A DNA stretch of 63,755 bases, the filler included, from Ministeria vibrans ATCC 50519 (taxonomy: Eukaryota > Protista > Filasterea): NCBI GenBank assembly GCA_943704425.1. It is 8 parts of 8 records of this genome, joined end to end, with 100 filler letters (N's around TTAATTAATTAA, not from the genome) between each part and the next. Parts side by side here need not be neighbours in the genome. Positions count along the whole stretch, not along the records: positions 51,686 to 59,144 come from CALSCP010000844.1; positions 59,245 to 62,301 come from CALSCP010002782.1; positions 62,402 to 63,755 come from CALSCP010002650.1; 5 more parts are not named here. One strand, 5' to 3'. Made by a program: the position numbers and the translations under genes. Positions 52,965 through 63,755 of this stretch are shown piece after piece; within the stretch, counting starts at the first letter, position 1, and every line of letters begins with the position of its first letter. The notes under the pieces were generated by a model, which saw only the letters and a list, made by a program, of their open reading frames with translations, was not told the origin of the DNA and searched no databases.

Positions 52965-54380
52965 ATGCACAGCACAGCGTCTTGTGTGAATGTTCTCGTG
53001 AGCGTATTGGTGGCCGTCTCGCTTGCCCATTCGCCCGTGGCGTGGCATGAGCTGTTCCCGCGATCACCACTCGACAGTGATGCCTATCCGACCGTTCGAT
53101 ACCACAGCGGCGTCGACGTGAGACCATACTGAGAGAGTGACACAGCTATGTGTCGGCTGCTTCCTGAACGTATATGCCCCCCCCCCCCCCCCCCCTCTTT
53201 TTTCCAGTTTCTGAACGAAAATGAACTTTTTGTTTCGGGCGGTTATCGCTATGCGGACAATCGCGCTCAGTGGTTTGACGATCTGTGGGCGTTTCGGCTG
53301 GACGAGGGACGCTGGCGTCGTATAAGCACGGGGGATGGACCCACAGCACGCTACCAGCACACGCTGACGCGATTCGGCGCGCTCCTGCTGGTGCTTGTGG
53401 GTGGCGACGATGGCGGACACCGTCGGGCGTCTGCGTCTGCCTCGTACGTCTCCGGCAGCTTCCTCGACGACGTCTGGACGTATCGGAGCAGTGGGCCGAG
53501 GGGGTGGACCCAGTTACGTCCGGTGCAACCAGGAGACGCACAGCGAGTGCAGCGCAGCTCACACTCAACTGTCTTTGACCCCCATTCCAATTCGCTCCTG
53601 GTCTTTGGTGGACTTGTGCGCAGCAACGCCTGGACCGAACACGCTGCACAGGCACCGCCCGGTCACGTCTCAGAACGTCTTATCGAAGACACCAGCAGCT
53701 TTGTGCGTGTGCAAATCACGGCACAAGGCGAGTTCACGGCCGTGCCCATTGTCGTCGCGACAGCCGCACAGCCAGTGGCGCGCTACGGACACGCTGCAAG
53801 CCACTGCGGACTCACGCACGGCATGGTGATTCACGGCGGATTTCGGTTTATCACACCAACGAATCCCACGCGACACGCAAGGGACGTATGGCAGTGGCAC
53901 AGGGGGACATGGCACGACCTCACGACACGCGAGGCGGATGCCTCGGGGCCCTCCGCTCGCGGCCACCACGCTGCCGTGTGCATTGACGCCGACTTTTATC
54001 TTTTTGGTGGTTGTGCCTGTTCTCCGGGCTGTGTGTGCAACAACGAACTGTGGCATTTTAGTCTTGACACGCTGGTGTGGACGCAGCTCACTCCCCGCTC
54101 CCAATGGCTTCCCTCGCTTCTCACTCCCTCTCAACCCAACGCGCGATTCTGCCACTCTCTTACGCGCACTCCCTCAGCACAGACCCTGTTGCTTTTTGGC
54201 GGGGAGTCCTTCCGTCCCTACCAGTACTACAACGACGTGTGGCAGCTCCACCTGTCCCCCTCCTCCCCGTCCTCCCCCTCCTCCGCCTCTCTTCTTGTCG
54301 TCGTCTCTGTCCCTCTTGTTGCTATTCTTCTTTTCTGCAAGAGATGCTGGCGCACCGTCTCCTCCAAACGACTCGATTAG
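52965..54380 (+). CDS. Kelch-repeat type-I membrane/secreted protein (2 exons)
   Basis: Hydrophobic N-terminus in a predicted exon 1 (52965-53117); about 6 kelch repeats (RYQH..VGG, RSSHS..FGG, RYGH..HGG, RGHH..FGG, RFCHS..FGG); C-terminal TM followed by basic residues. Confidence 0.75.
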
Positions 54381-54816
54381 CCGAAGCGTCGGATGGAACG
54401 TCTGTCAGGGGACGGTTAGTTGGTGAAACCAGACCCTCGTGAAGCCACACAAGGAAATACGCTGCTACGGTCTACGCGTGCACTTGTGCAGAACACCTGT
54501 AATACGTAGTGCGTGCTGAAGCAGGCCGCACTCTTTGAGATCCCTGGAGATTGAGTCGAGATCAGTCAAAAATCAAAAATTAATCACCATTCCAATTTCC
54601 AGATTACAAAATCACTCTTTTTTCTCTCTTTCCCTTCTCGCTCGCGTTGCGTTTCGTCGCGACACGATTGCGACGACCCACGAAACTCACCCAGATTCAC
54701 TTGCGCCTGTCCGCAAGTGCCCTCTAGCAGGTAGACCTACAAAACAGTCCCGCGTCGAGCGTGCGTCGTGTCCTGCAAGTGGGTGTGTCGCGAATTATTT
54801 TGGGCGCGAGTTCTCA

Positions 54817-54851
<35 letters not shown>

Positions 54852-55182
54852 CGTAGCACGAAAAAAAAAAAACGCAATTGCGCACTTGACTGCGCCTCTG
54901 TTGCCTTTCCTGCTTTCTGCTCACTCTCTCAATGTAGTCACGTGGAAGGAAAAGGAGAACGAATTGTCAGCCATTATTCTGTCGTCGGTACCGCTTGGGA
55001 ACGAGGCTTCGGGCGAACCGAAGTGTTCGTTGTCACGCGGCAGTCTGAGCGGCAGCGACGAGCCCAGATTGCTGGGATCTGCGCTTGGCGAGGACCCCGA
55101 CGACACTCCCACCACCCCCGAGTCGGACGGTCACACGTGGGGCTCGTCGTCGTCGTCGTCGCACGACGATGTGGAGCAAGGG

Positions 55183-55935
55183 ATGATGATGGAATCACCC
55201 TCACGACAGTTGCCGATGCCCCTCTCACCGCTCTCACCGACACTTCCCGAGGCACTTCAGCGTTTTTTGGCCATTAGTATTACAAAGATACGTGCCAGCG
55301 AGGACGAGGAGTGTCTGCGCAAGACGGTGCTCACCAACAACTTCAAGACGCGCCTGTCAAACGCCGCCGAAGAAGTCAATTCGCCCTTTGTCTATCGCCG
55401 TCACAGTGTTCTCCTGACCGAATGTGGGGATCAAGGTGACAGTCATGATGATGATCTTGACGACGATCTTGACGACGATCTTGACGACGACGACTACGAC
55501 TATGGTTCGACGCGCTTTGAAGATGAAAACTCGGATGATTTTGACAGGCGAGAAAGTGGTGGGCGACGACGTCGTCACTGTCGTCGCCGACGAGGCGCTC
55601 TCGTGTTTGGACTGGACGACGATGAGGAGGAAGGGGAGGAAGAGGAGGAGGAGAGCTTTGGACAGGAAGGAGGAGGAGAAGAAGAAGAAGAAGAAGAAGA
55701 TGATGATATGATTGACACTGTGGATGACTTGGATGAAGATTTGCAAAAGGAGTATGATACCCAAGGGACGTTTGCGGCTCGTAAGCGAGCACGCAGCGAA
55801 GACGACGAAGAGGAGGAAGAGGACGACGAAGAGGGCGTGCTACAGGAGGATGTACGCAGGGGTGCAACGGGCGTTGATGAGATAGCGCTGGCCAGAGAGT
55901 GCCAACCTTCTCCGTCAAAACGACCTAAACTGTAA
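55183..55935 (+). CDS. Acidic low-complexity protein with a SERTA-like motif (true start may lie upstream)
   Basis: QRFLAISITKIRASEDEECLRKTVLTNNFKTRL resembles the SERTA pattern (..IS..K....E..LRRSVLI.N....I); D/E tracts; basic C-terminus KRPKL. Confidence 0.55.
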   Translation: MMMESPSRQLPMPLSPLSPTLPEALQRFLAISITKIRASEDEECLRKTVLTNNFKTRLSNAAEEVNSPFVYRRHSVLLTECGDQGDSHDDDLDDDLDDDLDDDDYDYGSTRFEDENSDDFDRRESGGRRRRHCRRRRGALVFGLDDDEEEGEEEEEESFGQEGGGEEEEEEEDDDMIDTVDDLDEDLQKEYDTQGTFAARKRARSEDDEEEEEDDEEGVLQEDVRRGATGVDEIALARECQPSPSKRPKL

Positions 55936-56041
55936 AAGGGGAAAGAAAGACCCCCCAAAAGAAAGGAACACCTTGTAGAGAGAACCCCAGAGAGAACAAG
56001 GAGAGAAGAACGTTGTACATTACAAAAAACTGTTCGATGAG

Positions 56042-56112
56042 TCAGACGAGAGTCACCGCGCGCATAAGAGCACTCTGTAAAGAAGGAAAAGGAAATGTTC
56101 AGGGGGCGAAGT

Positions 56113-56151
<39 letters not shown>

Positions 56152-56866
56152 TTTGTGTGTGCAGTTTTACGCGAACGAAGGAGGAATTTGCGGCGAGAGA
56201 GAGGGCCGATTGAGTAAGGGCTGAGACGGGAGTCCATTGGGAGGGCATGAGACGCGCACAAAGATCAACTGCAGTCATAAGAGGCACATTGGCTCGCTGA
56301 CGCGCAGTCTCGTACGACAGCAGACCGTGTAAGCACCCTAAGAGTGATAAGACAACGTGACAAGTGCGTCAGAATAAATGGGCAAAAGTGACAAAAAGTG
56401 ATGAAACAGAGTGATCCAAGTGCATCAGAATGACAAGGAAGATAGCCAGCAGCGTTACCGATATCCCGTCCTGTCTGGAGACTCTGAGTGACACACTCTG
56501 TCAGAGCGAATGCGTCGCGGAAACCCAAGTTGACACCCTGTCCGGCCAACGGATGGATTCGGTGTGCCGCATCACCCACCAGCGCAAGACGAGGGCTCAC
56601 ATAGTGGGTTGCATGCGAGAACGACAGTGGAAACGACGCGCTAAACACCACGAATTGTGTGTTAGCGTTTCTTTGTGTGTTTTCGCGGGGCTAGGCTTAC
56701 CGTGAACCTTGTACGACGCTTTCAATGGCAACTTCGCCTTCAAAGAGCGTGTTGATGGTTTCGACAAATTCACTGTCAGTGAGTGCACTGCGCATTTCCT
56801 CTGCGCGTCCCTTCTTGTGCGACCACACAAGAGACAGTCGGTCGTCTCCAATCTATGCAACTAGTC

Positions 56867-56932
<66 letters not shown>

Positions 56933-58001
56933 TTTGTGGTGTGTGTGTCTTTGTGGTGCGTATGTATGTGTGTCTTTGTGGTGTGTGTGTATGTGTATGT
57001 ATGTATGTATGTGTGTATGTGTCTTTGTGGTGTGTGTGTCATTGTGGTGTGTGTGTCTTTGTGGTGTGTGTGTATGTGTGTGTGTGTGTCGGGTAAAGTA
57101 AAGGCGGCGGTGGGGTACCGGAAGGAGCGCAATGGGACCGGTTGGGAGGAAGCGCTGACGGGCAATGCTGGTGGTGGTGGATGAAGACGATGGGCTCAGC
57201 TGCAGAGTTGCCACTGTTGCCAGTTCTTTGTAGTCCCATTCAACAATGGGAATCTGATAGATGTGTGTGTGAGTGAGTAGTAAAAGCAGCTACTTGCTGT
57301 TTGGTTGGTATTGGGGTACGTTTGCTTGAGTGCGGATGGGCGAGCGTGCACCGTCTGCCGCGACGACGAGACGGGCGGTGAGTTCTGTGCCGTCGCTGAG
57401 GGCAACTTGTGCCCAGGGAATAGCGGTGGTGCTGTTGGCGGTGGTGGACGCAGATGCAGATGGGAGGGAGACAGAAGTGACGCTTGTGCGATGGAGTGTG
57501 GTGACGTTCTCGGAAGCGGCGAGCGACTGTTCGAGTGCGTGTATCAGCGATGTGTTGTCGACAATGCTTCCCATGCTCTCGCTGCTGCTCCACGTGCACT
57601 CGCTCTGGTTGAACACCACGGGAGAGCCCCCCTGGCCTCCCCACACCTGACAAAGAGAGCAGGAAGGTGCGTGTGAGAGAGAGAAAAAGTGCGGAATGAT
57701 TGAAAACCTTCATTCCGCTGAAGGGATGTTGGAGAACGCCGCTGAGATCGACAAAGCAGCCTTCGTCGAGCCACGCAAGGTTGTTGTTGTTTACAGCGGA
57801 GACGCGGTTGCCAAAGCCCGCGACGGGCGCAGTGGGTGGCGCGCCATCGAGCAGAGTGATCTGGAGGGCGGGCGCAGCCAGAGCCATGGCGGCGGCGGTC
57901 GCGCACCCCACGAGGCCGCCGCCGACGACGATCACGTCAGTGGAGAGCGCTCGAACGCTCCGATGCGCGCGATACAGGCGAGAGCGAGTGACAGAGAGCA
58001 T
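56042..58001 (-). CDS. COQ6: Ubiquinone biosynthesis monooxygenase (UbiH/COQ6 family), multi-exon
   Basis: Arg/Ser-rich presequence; DVIVVGGGLVG; NRVSA; LVVAADGARSPIR; ARQRFLPTGPIALLP; LVGDAAHRIHPLAGQGVNLGFRD. Confidence 0.9.
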
Positions 58002-58101
58002 AACGACTGACTAAAACTCATTTAGTCATTCTCTGATTTTTTGTCTTTGGATTTTTTGTAATAATTTTTTGGTTTTTACATTCTATCGTGTTGTCTCCAC
58101 C

Positions 58102-58846
58102 ATGGGGGTCTCGTTGGGCATGATGGCAATTGGTGGCATCTTCGGCTGCCTCGTACTTTCGACCTTTGTAGAGAAACAAGAAGAGCGCAAGAGAAGCAAT
58201 TCAAATCCCCAACAAATCGTAACACTGCGCACTGTAGGTCTCCCTGTGGGTGTTTCTGGTCGGGACTGTCTTCATTTGGTACGCCGGCTTCCAGCATGTC
58301 TACGAGCGGCTGTGCGCCATCGCGTGCGACCTCTTCTGCGCCTGGACCTTCCCCTTCTTCCGCCGATGGACGCGGTACCTCAAAGCCCCCTCGCCCCCGC
58401 CCCTCTGACCGCCTCCCTCCCGCAGCATCCGCGGCTACCAGTATGGCGACGACTTTCTTCCTCTGCAAGGCGGAGAAAAGAGCGTCATCATGTGCAACCA
58501 CCAGAGCTGGTGCGACGTGCCCCTTGCCGGCGCCTACCTCTTCTTCAACAAGCTCATGGGCGAAACGGTGTGTCCATGTGCATGTCGCGCGGATCACACG
58601 CTCATTCTCTCTCTATCACTTTGCTCTCCATCACTCTGTCGCTCTCTGTCTCTGTCTCTGTCTCTGTCTCTGTCTCTGTCTCTTGTCTCTCTCTCTCTGT
58701 CTCTCTCTGTCTCTCTCTGTCTCTCTCTGTCTCTCTCTGTCTCTGTCTCTTTCTCTCTGTAGCTGTGGGTGGCGTGGGATGGCTTGAAAAACTTTCCCTT
58801 TGCCTGGGCTGCGCGAATGAGAGGCGATGTGTTCATTCCGTGTCAG
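58102..58846 (+). CDS. Lysophospholipid acyltransferase (LCLAT/LPGAT/AGPAT-like), 5' part only
   Basis: Spliced reading ..GDDFLPLQGGEKSVIMCNHQSWCD (HX4D motif)..LKNFPFAWAARMRGDVFI; N-terminal TM. Confidence 0.75.
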
Positions 58847-59035
58847 GTAACAAACAAGCAATCAGTGCCGCGATGAAACATGCAATATGCGCATTCTTGA
58901 CAATACCATTGGTTTTAGTGGGAGAAAGACGAGCCGATTTTACAGAGAAGTGTGAGTCACTTTCTGCGCTCGAGCAACTACAAACTGTATTTTATATTCC
59001 CAGAAGGAGGTTTAAAGGTATGAAGTGTGAGAGAA

Positions 59036-59144
<109 letters not shown>

Positions 59145-59244
59145 NNNNNNNNNNNNNNNNNNNNNNNNNNNNNNNNNNNNNNNNNNNNTTAATTAATTAA
59201 NNNNNNNNNNNNNNNNNNNNNNNNNNNNNNNNNNNNNNNNNNNN

Positions 59245-60398
59245 GAGAGCATTGAGCGCAGCACATGAGTCAAGGTTGATGACCTTGACATAGATTCGAG
59301 GCTCTCCAGAGAGCTCAATGGGCCTCCCGCTTGCGTCGATAATGCGCATGTTGCCCGACGTCTTGATAATGACACGCAGTTGGTTGTTGCCGGTCGACAC
59401 ACCAGACACACACACATCAATATCACTCATGCCAACGTTGTAAAACAAGTCTGTGCCTGAATAGCCAAGATAGCTCTGCTGCAAAGGGAAGATTCCCCTG
59501 GCGGTACGCTTGGTTTGCCTGTTCGAGAAGAATCTCTCGCTGTTCGTCACTCTCCAGCGAACCCAGTTGCGTTGCAGTGATTGCCTGCAACCGCAAGTTT
59601 CCCAAGGTGCCTGCTTGTGGTACACGGTCAGGGGGGCCAGCGAGTGCTCCGGTCGCGCCAGGACCTCCATTTGACTCGCGGCACAATTGGTCATTGCAAC
59701 ATTTGGCAACTAATCAACACTTATGGCAGTGATGGTAGGTTCCGCCAGCCCCACCATGACCCCGCCCCCTGATCCTGGTTTACCAGGGGTAGCAGCAATC
59801 GGGCCTGCCGCACCTCCATTCAGTTTCGCGTTGATTGACGTGCCTTTCGTTGGCACAACAGATGAGATGACAACATTTCCACCTTTTCTACCATCTCCGC
59901 CAGCGCCGGGACGCCCTCCACGGCCTCCAGTGCCACCATTGCCACCTCCTTGGTTATGGCCTCCGTTTGCACCCATGGCGTCAATCGATCCGTCACCGCC
60001 TGGCTGCGGTTTGCCACCGGTAGCACCCACGGAGACGACCGTGAGCCCGTGTGCTTCGATACGTGTGCTGAACAGTGCCAGTGAGCCACCGTTCCGCCAG
60101 CTGATCCACCAGCTCCAGCTTCGCCGTTTGTACCCGGTGAATCTGGCGTTGGAGGTGGTGGGCATCCGTCACACGAGACCTTCGCGGACGTGCCCGAGAC
60201 GGTAAAAGATGCGCCAGATTCATCAATGGATTCCATGCAAATGGCCACAATGCTGCCACCTGGCATATTGAACGCACCAGTAGCGGTGCATTGTGTTCCC
60301 CAAATTACGTAGTGTTTCGTGGGGTCAATGTTCTCCGGCGTCAGTGTAATGGTTTTGTCTGTGAGGAAAATTGAAGCTGGACGAGTTATTCACTTCAT
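59245..60398 (-). pseudogene. Frameshifted Gly-rich (collagen/PGRS-like) protein gene
   Basis: Coherent Gly-rich reading switches frame near 60093 and 59760 and again near 59470; in-frame TGA at 60390-60392 and 59714-59716. Confidence 0.55.
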
Positions 60399-60405
60399 TT
60401 TACAC

Positions 60406-62301
60406 TCAATCAATTTTGGGTCCTAAAAGCATTGGCTGCCCCGAGAGAGCCTGTGACACCAACACGGCCGAGGTGACGGATCCTTCAAAGCTTCCCATCA
60501 GAATGTGATTGTCGGTCCAGTCTCCGGCGAAGTATAGGTTGTCAAAGCCAGTGTCGCTGGGGGCGACGCGATGCTGCGCGCCGCCTGGGAGTGTCAGCGT
60601 GTACAGCTCGGACGGAGCAACGTTCACCGTGTAGTACTGATTCAAGAGTCGCTCCATTTTTTGCAAGAATGAGGGGCCAGCCAGAAGAGAGTAGTCAAGC
60701 TGCCCAGTGCTGCTGTTGAAGAGCTTTGGGTAGACCCACGGCAGAAGAGATATCATCTCTTTTGCGAAAATCCGTTGTAAGTGACCACGCTCGAGAGCGG
60801 GAAAACTACTGTTCGAAAAGGAAACGGGCCCTGAAACTGTTGGCTGGTACCCATTGCAGACGTACAATACAGATTTGGCTGGGTGCACACTTGCATTCTG
60901 AACCGCCCAGTCTTCCGCCCACATAAGCTGCGAATAATCCGAAAGGACGCTCAGCAACTCGCCGTAATTTCCCATACCAATGAGCGCATCCTTCCCATCA
61001 CTCCCACGATGCTCCTTCACCCCAAGGGACTTGGCCGTCTCCGTGAACCACAGCTGGACACCAAAGGTGGGAGTTGCTACGACATGCTCAAACATTGGCG
61101 GCCACGCTGACGGCTGCTTCAAATCTTGAACGACATGTCGAAGCGCCTGGACGGGAATCGCCGAGACAACAATGTCAAAGTCTCGCCCGCGATGCATCGC
61201 CTTGTTCATCGCCACGGGCGCGTTGCTCCAGGGAGATTCAAGATCAAAGGAACGCAAATTGGGTTTCGAAGCCAGCTGGTCATAGAGTGGATGTGAGGGC
61301 CATGTGTCCAGCCCTTGCACTCGAATAAGTGGGCTGTACTCGCTCGCCGTCACGTTTGCCTGCACCTCAAAATGAACTTGATCAATGCTCACGCCGTCGC
61401 TTGATAAGAAGCGTGTTGCATTGTGGAAAAAGCTGAATTTGACGCCACGCTTTTTAAGCAGTCGGTAAAGCGGTGACATGAGCACATCCGCCGTGCCGGC
61501 TGTCATAGGATAGCCCATTTTTCCGGCGTGGAAAAAACTTGTGCGGAAAAACACGAACAGTCCCACTCCTGCGCTGTATGTGGCATTGGTACACACTCCA
61601 TTGGGACATGCAAAGCCGGCAGAATAGATTTCTTTCAACATCACGTTCCATTCAAACTGCTTTGGTAGTCCTATTGAAAAAACAAACAAACGTCATGAAA
61701 CAAAGGTTTTTATTCTTATTATTATTATTATTCATTATTTGACACGTATTTTTGTACCGTTTTTTAGAAGCCACTCTCTCAAGTCAAAAGGGTCAAGGTC
61801 AATGAATCGGTTTGGTCTCTCTCGTGTGAGACCACGAAAGACAGCGAGAAAGAATTCGCTGACTTCTTCTGCAAGATGCAACCAAGGAGTGTTACGAGAG
61901 TCCACCTTTGCTTTTGATAGCCAATCTGTCACATGCGCTTCAAAGGAAACTCCTTGAGGAGGAGATAAACACAAAGAAGTGTTGGCAGCAGAGAGGTGCT
62001 GCAGGTAGTGACCAAGTAAAGTCGGCACAAGTGCGGCAAAATGACTTGGATGAGTGGGCGCAGTGCTCTCGCCACAGGGTGTCACAATAGTAGTCTGTCC
62101 GGTCAGAGGGTTGTTGATAAAAGACCAATCGGGAGCAGGGATGCCGTAGCGTACCCACGTGCCGTTCAGCGATTCCGCAAGGTCAAAGAATACACGATTC
62201 TCCCGCATTGCCATGCTCAAATTCGTCAAAGGGTAGGTAGTGGAGGGCCACGGCGCTTCATGGTACACTTGTCGAAGCATATCAAATGTGTTGTCGTACC
62301 A
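60406..62301 (-). CDS. Bacterial-type FAD/NAD(P)-binding oxidoreductase (amine oxidase/carotenoid-desaturase-like, COG3349-type); 5' end missing, one intron at about 61671-61758
   Basis: YDNTFDMLRQVY; AGTADVLMSPLYRLLKKRGVKFSFFH; YSPLIRVQGLDTWPSHP; GRDFDIVVSAIP; SELYTLTLPG; NLYFAGDWT..GSFEGSVTSA. Confidence 0.75.
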
Positions 62302-62401
62302 NNNNNNNNNNNNNNNNNNNNNNNNNNNNNNNNNNNNNNNNNNNNTTAATTAATTAANNNNNNNNNNNNNNNNNNNNNNNNNNNNNNNNNNNNNNNNNNN
62401 N

Positions 62402-62480
<79 letters not shown>
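62402..62480. repeat. (AAT)n microsatellite
   Basis: Direct inspection. Confidence 0.95.
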
Positions 62481-62481
<1 letters not shown>

Positions 62482-62523
62482 TATTATTATTTATAATATT
62501 GTTATGCTCTTCTTTCATTGCAG

Positions 62524-62805
62524 GACGCCGATGCGGAGAAGAAGAAGACGAAGCGCGAAGAGTGGGCTGCCAAGGGGGGCAAGTTGCACAAGTTCCTGAA
62601 CTTCGTTGAGGGGCGCATCGCGGGGCCGTTTGTGCTTGGCGACGACCTGTCGATTGCGGATGTGACGCTTGCCGGAGTTGTGCACATGATTGCTCAGAAC
62701 CACTTTGACCACGTCGCCATAGACGTCTTCGAGGGCTTTCCCAAGATCCTTGCGCTGGGCGAGGCCGTCAAAGCCCACCCTCTGGCCGCGTCTGAGTTCA
62801 AATGA
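62524..62805 (+). CDS. Glutathione S-transferase, last exon (C-terminal domain)
   Basis: GPFVLGDDLSIADV N-capping motif; FDHV..FPKI..VKAHP; acceptor ttgcag at 62518-62523. Confidence 0.8.
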   Translation, partial: DADAEKKKTKREEWAAKGGKLHKFLNFVEGRIAGPFVLGDDLSIADVTLAGVVHMIAQNHFDHVAIDVFEGFPKILALGEAVKAHPLAASEFK

Positions 62806-62855
62806 AACTGAAACAAACACAGGCCATTCTTCATTTACTTGTTGTTAATATTTCG

Positions 62856-63456
62856 TTACAACTCGAGACAGGAGCCCCAGACGGGCCGTTGGGCAGTCCA
62901 CGAGGAGGCCGATAGATCAAAGTTTGCAGGGGCGGAAGAAATGAGAGGGACACACCAACCGGAAAGGTCGACGTTGAAGGAAGTCGCCTCGCGGAACATG
63001 GCGATCATGCTGGTGGCGCGGGAGACGTCCCACGCGGAGATGTTGGAGGCGAAGGCATTCGTCGTGGAAAACATATAGGCAAAGTTGGTACCCTTGGAGG
63101 GGGTCCACAGGGAAAGGTCGCTGTTAAAGACAGTGCAAAAGCGGAACATGGAGCTGAAGTCATGGACCTGAGGAAGGGAGAGTCAGGGCGGAGAGAAAAG
63201 TAATAGAGAGAAGAGATGAATTAGAAGAAGAAGAAGAAGACTTCCAATTTATTATCAATCACAAACGAAAAGCGACAACACAATATTAACATTATTATAA
63301 TAAATATTTATAATAGAACATAGCACTTTGACGTACGTTTTCGACGTTCCAGTTTGTAATAGATCCATTGAAAGACAAAGCGCCAGAAAACATCGAATTC
63401 ATTCGATTCACCTGAAAAACGAAAAATAGAAAAATAAATGGAAAGAGGGAGGGAGG

Positions 63457-63536
<80 letters not shown>

Positions 63537-63719
63537 AAAGGGATAGAGGAAGACACCCGAGACAGACACTCAGTCAGTACGGTTTGGGTGTTGAAGGAGA
63601 GAAGATGCTGATTGAAGGACGTGGCTCCACCGAACATGGTGGTCATGGTGGTGGCCTGGGCGGTGTTCCACGCGAGGGGCTGGTTGAAGGAGGTTGCGCT
63701 GAGGAACATGCCCTTGAAG
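62856..63719 (-). CDS. DUF285 / BspA-like repeat surface protein, 3' exons
   Basis: Repeats MFLSATSFNQPLAWNTAQATTMTTMFGGATSFNQ; FASNISAWDVSRATSMIAMFREATSFNVDLSGWCV; introns between repeats. Confidence 0.85.
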
Positions 63720-63755
63720 CTAGAACGGAGGAGTGTGTGTGTGTGTGTGTGTGGG

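Noticed and set aside
62301-62524. Functional cluster of oxidoreductase + GST + DUF285
   Set aside because: The oxidoreductase and GST are separated by an artificial spacer, so they lie on different contigs

Overview
Eukaryotic, intron-rich DNA (GT-AG introns, many AG/AC/AAT microsatellites), probably from a unicellular protist; the taxon cannot be determined from the sequence. The window is about 8 unrelated contigs joined by artificial N-spacers with a TTAATTAATTAA linker, so adjacency across spacers means nothing. Housekeeping genes recognised by motif: MDP1, CHID1, a PAP2 lipid phosphatase, Fe-type SOD, RPB1, RPS13 exon 1, RBM28/NOP4, POLA2, V-ATPase F, a 3xKH protein, EndoG, FKBP12, XRN1, ORC3, COQ6, an acyltransferase and a GST. 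Many are packed head-to-head with 65-235 bp between starts. The accessory-looking parts are five. (i) A 6.3-kb contig with a ~1600-aa dynamin/NUGGC-like GTPase carrying an IQ motif; it has one intron, is flanked by tandem repeats, and abuts an abruptly truncated SNRNP40-like exon. (ii) A tandem trio of intronless F-box/ankyrin genes, one of them a pseudogene. (iii) A SERTA-like motif protein. (iv) A bacterial-type flavin oxidoreductase with a spliceosomal intron, followed 7 bp later by a decayed Gly-rich gene. (v) A DUF285/BspA-like surface protein. All calls come from reading the sequence by eye; no database search was run. Spliced-gene coordinates are approximate gene spans.
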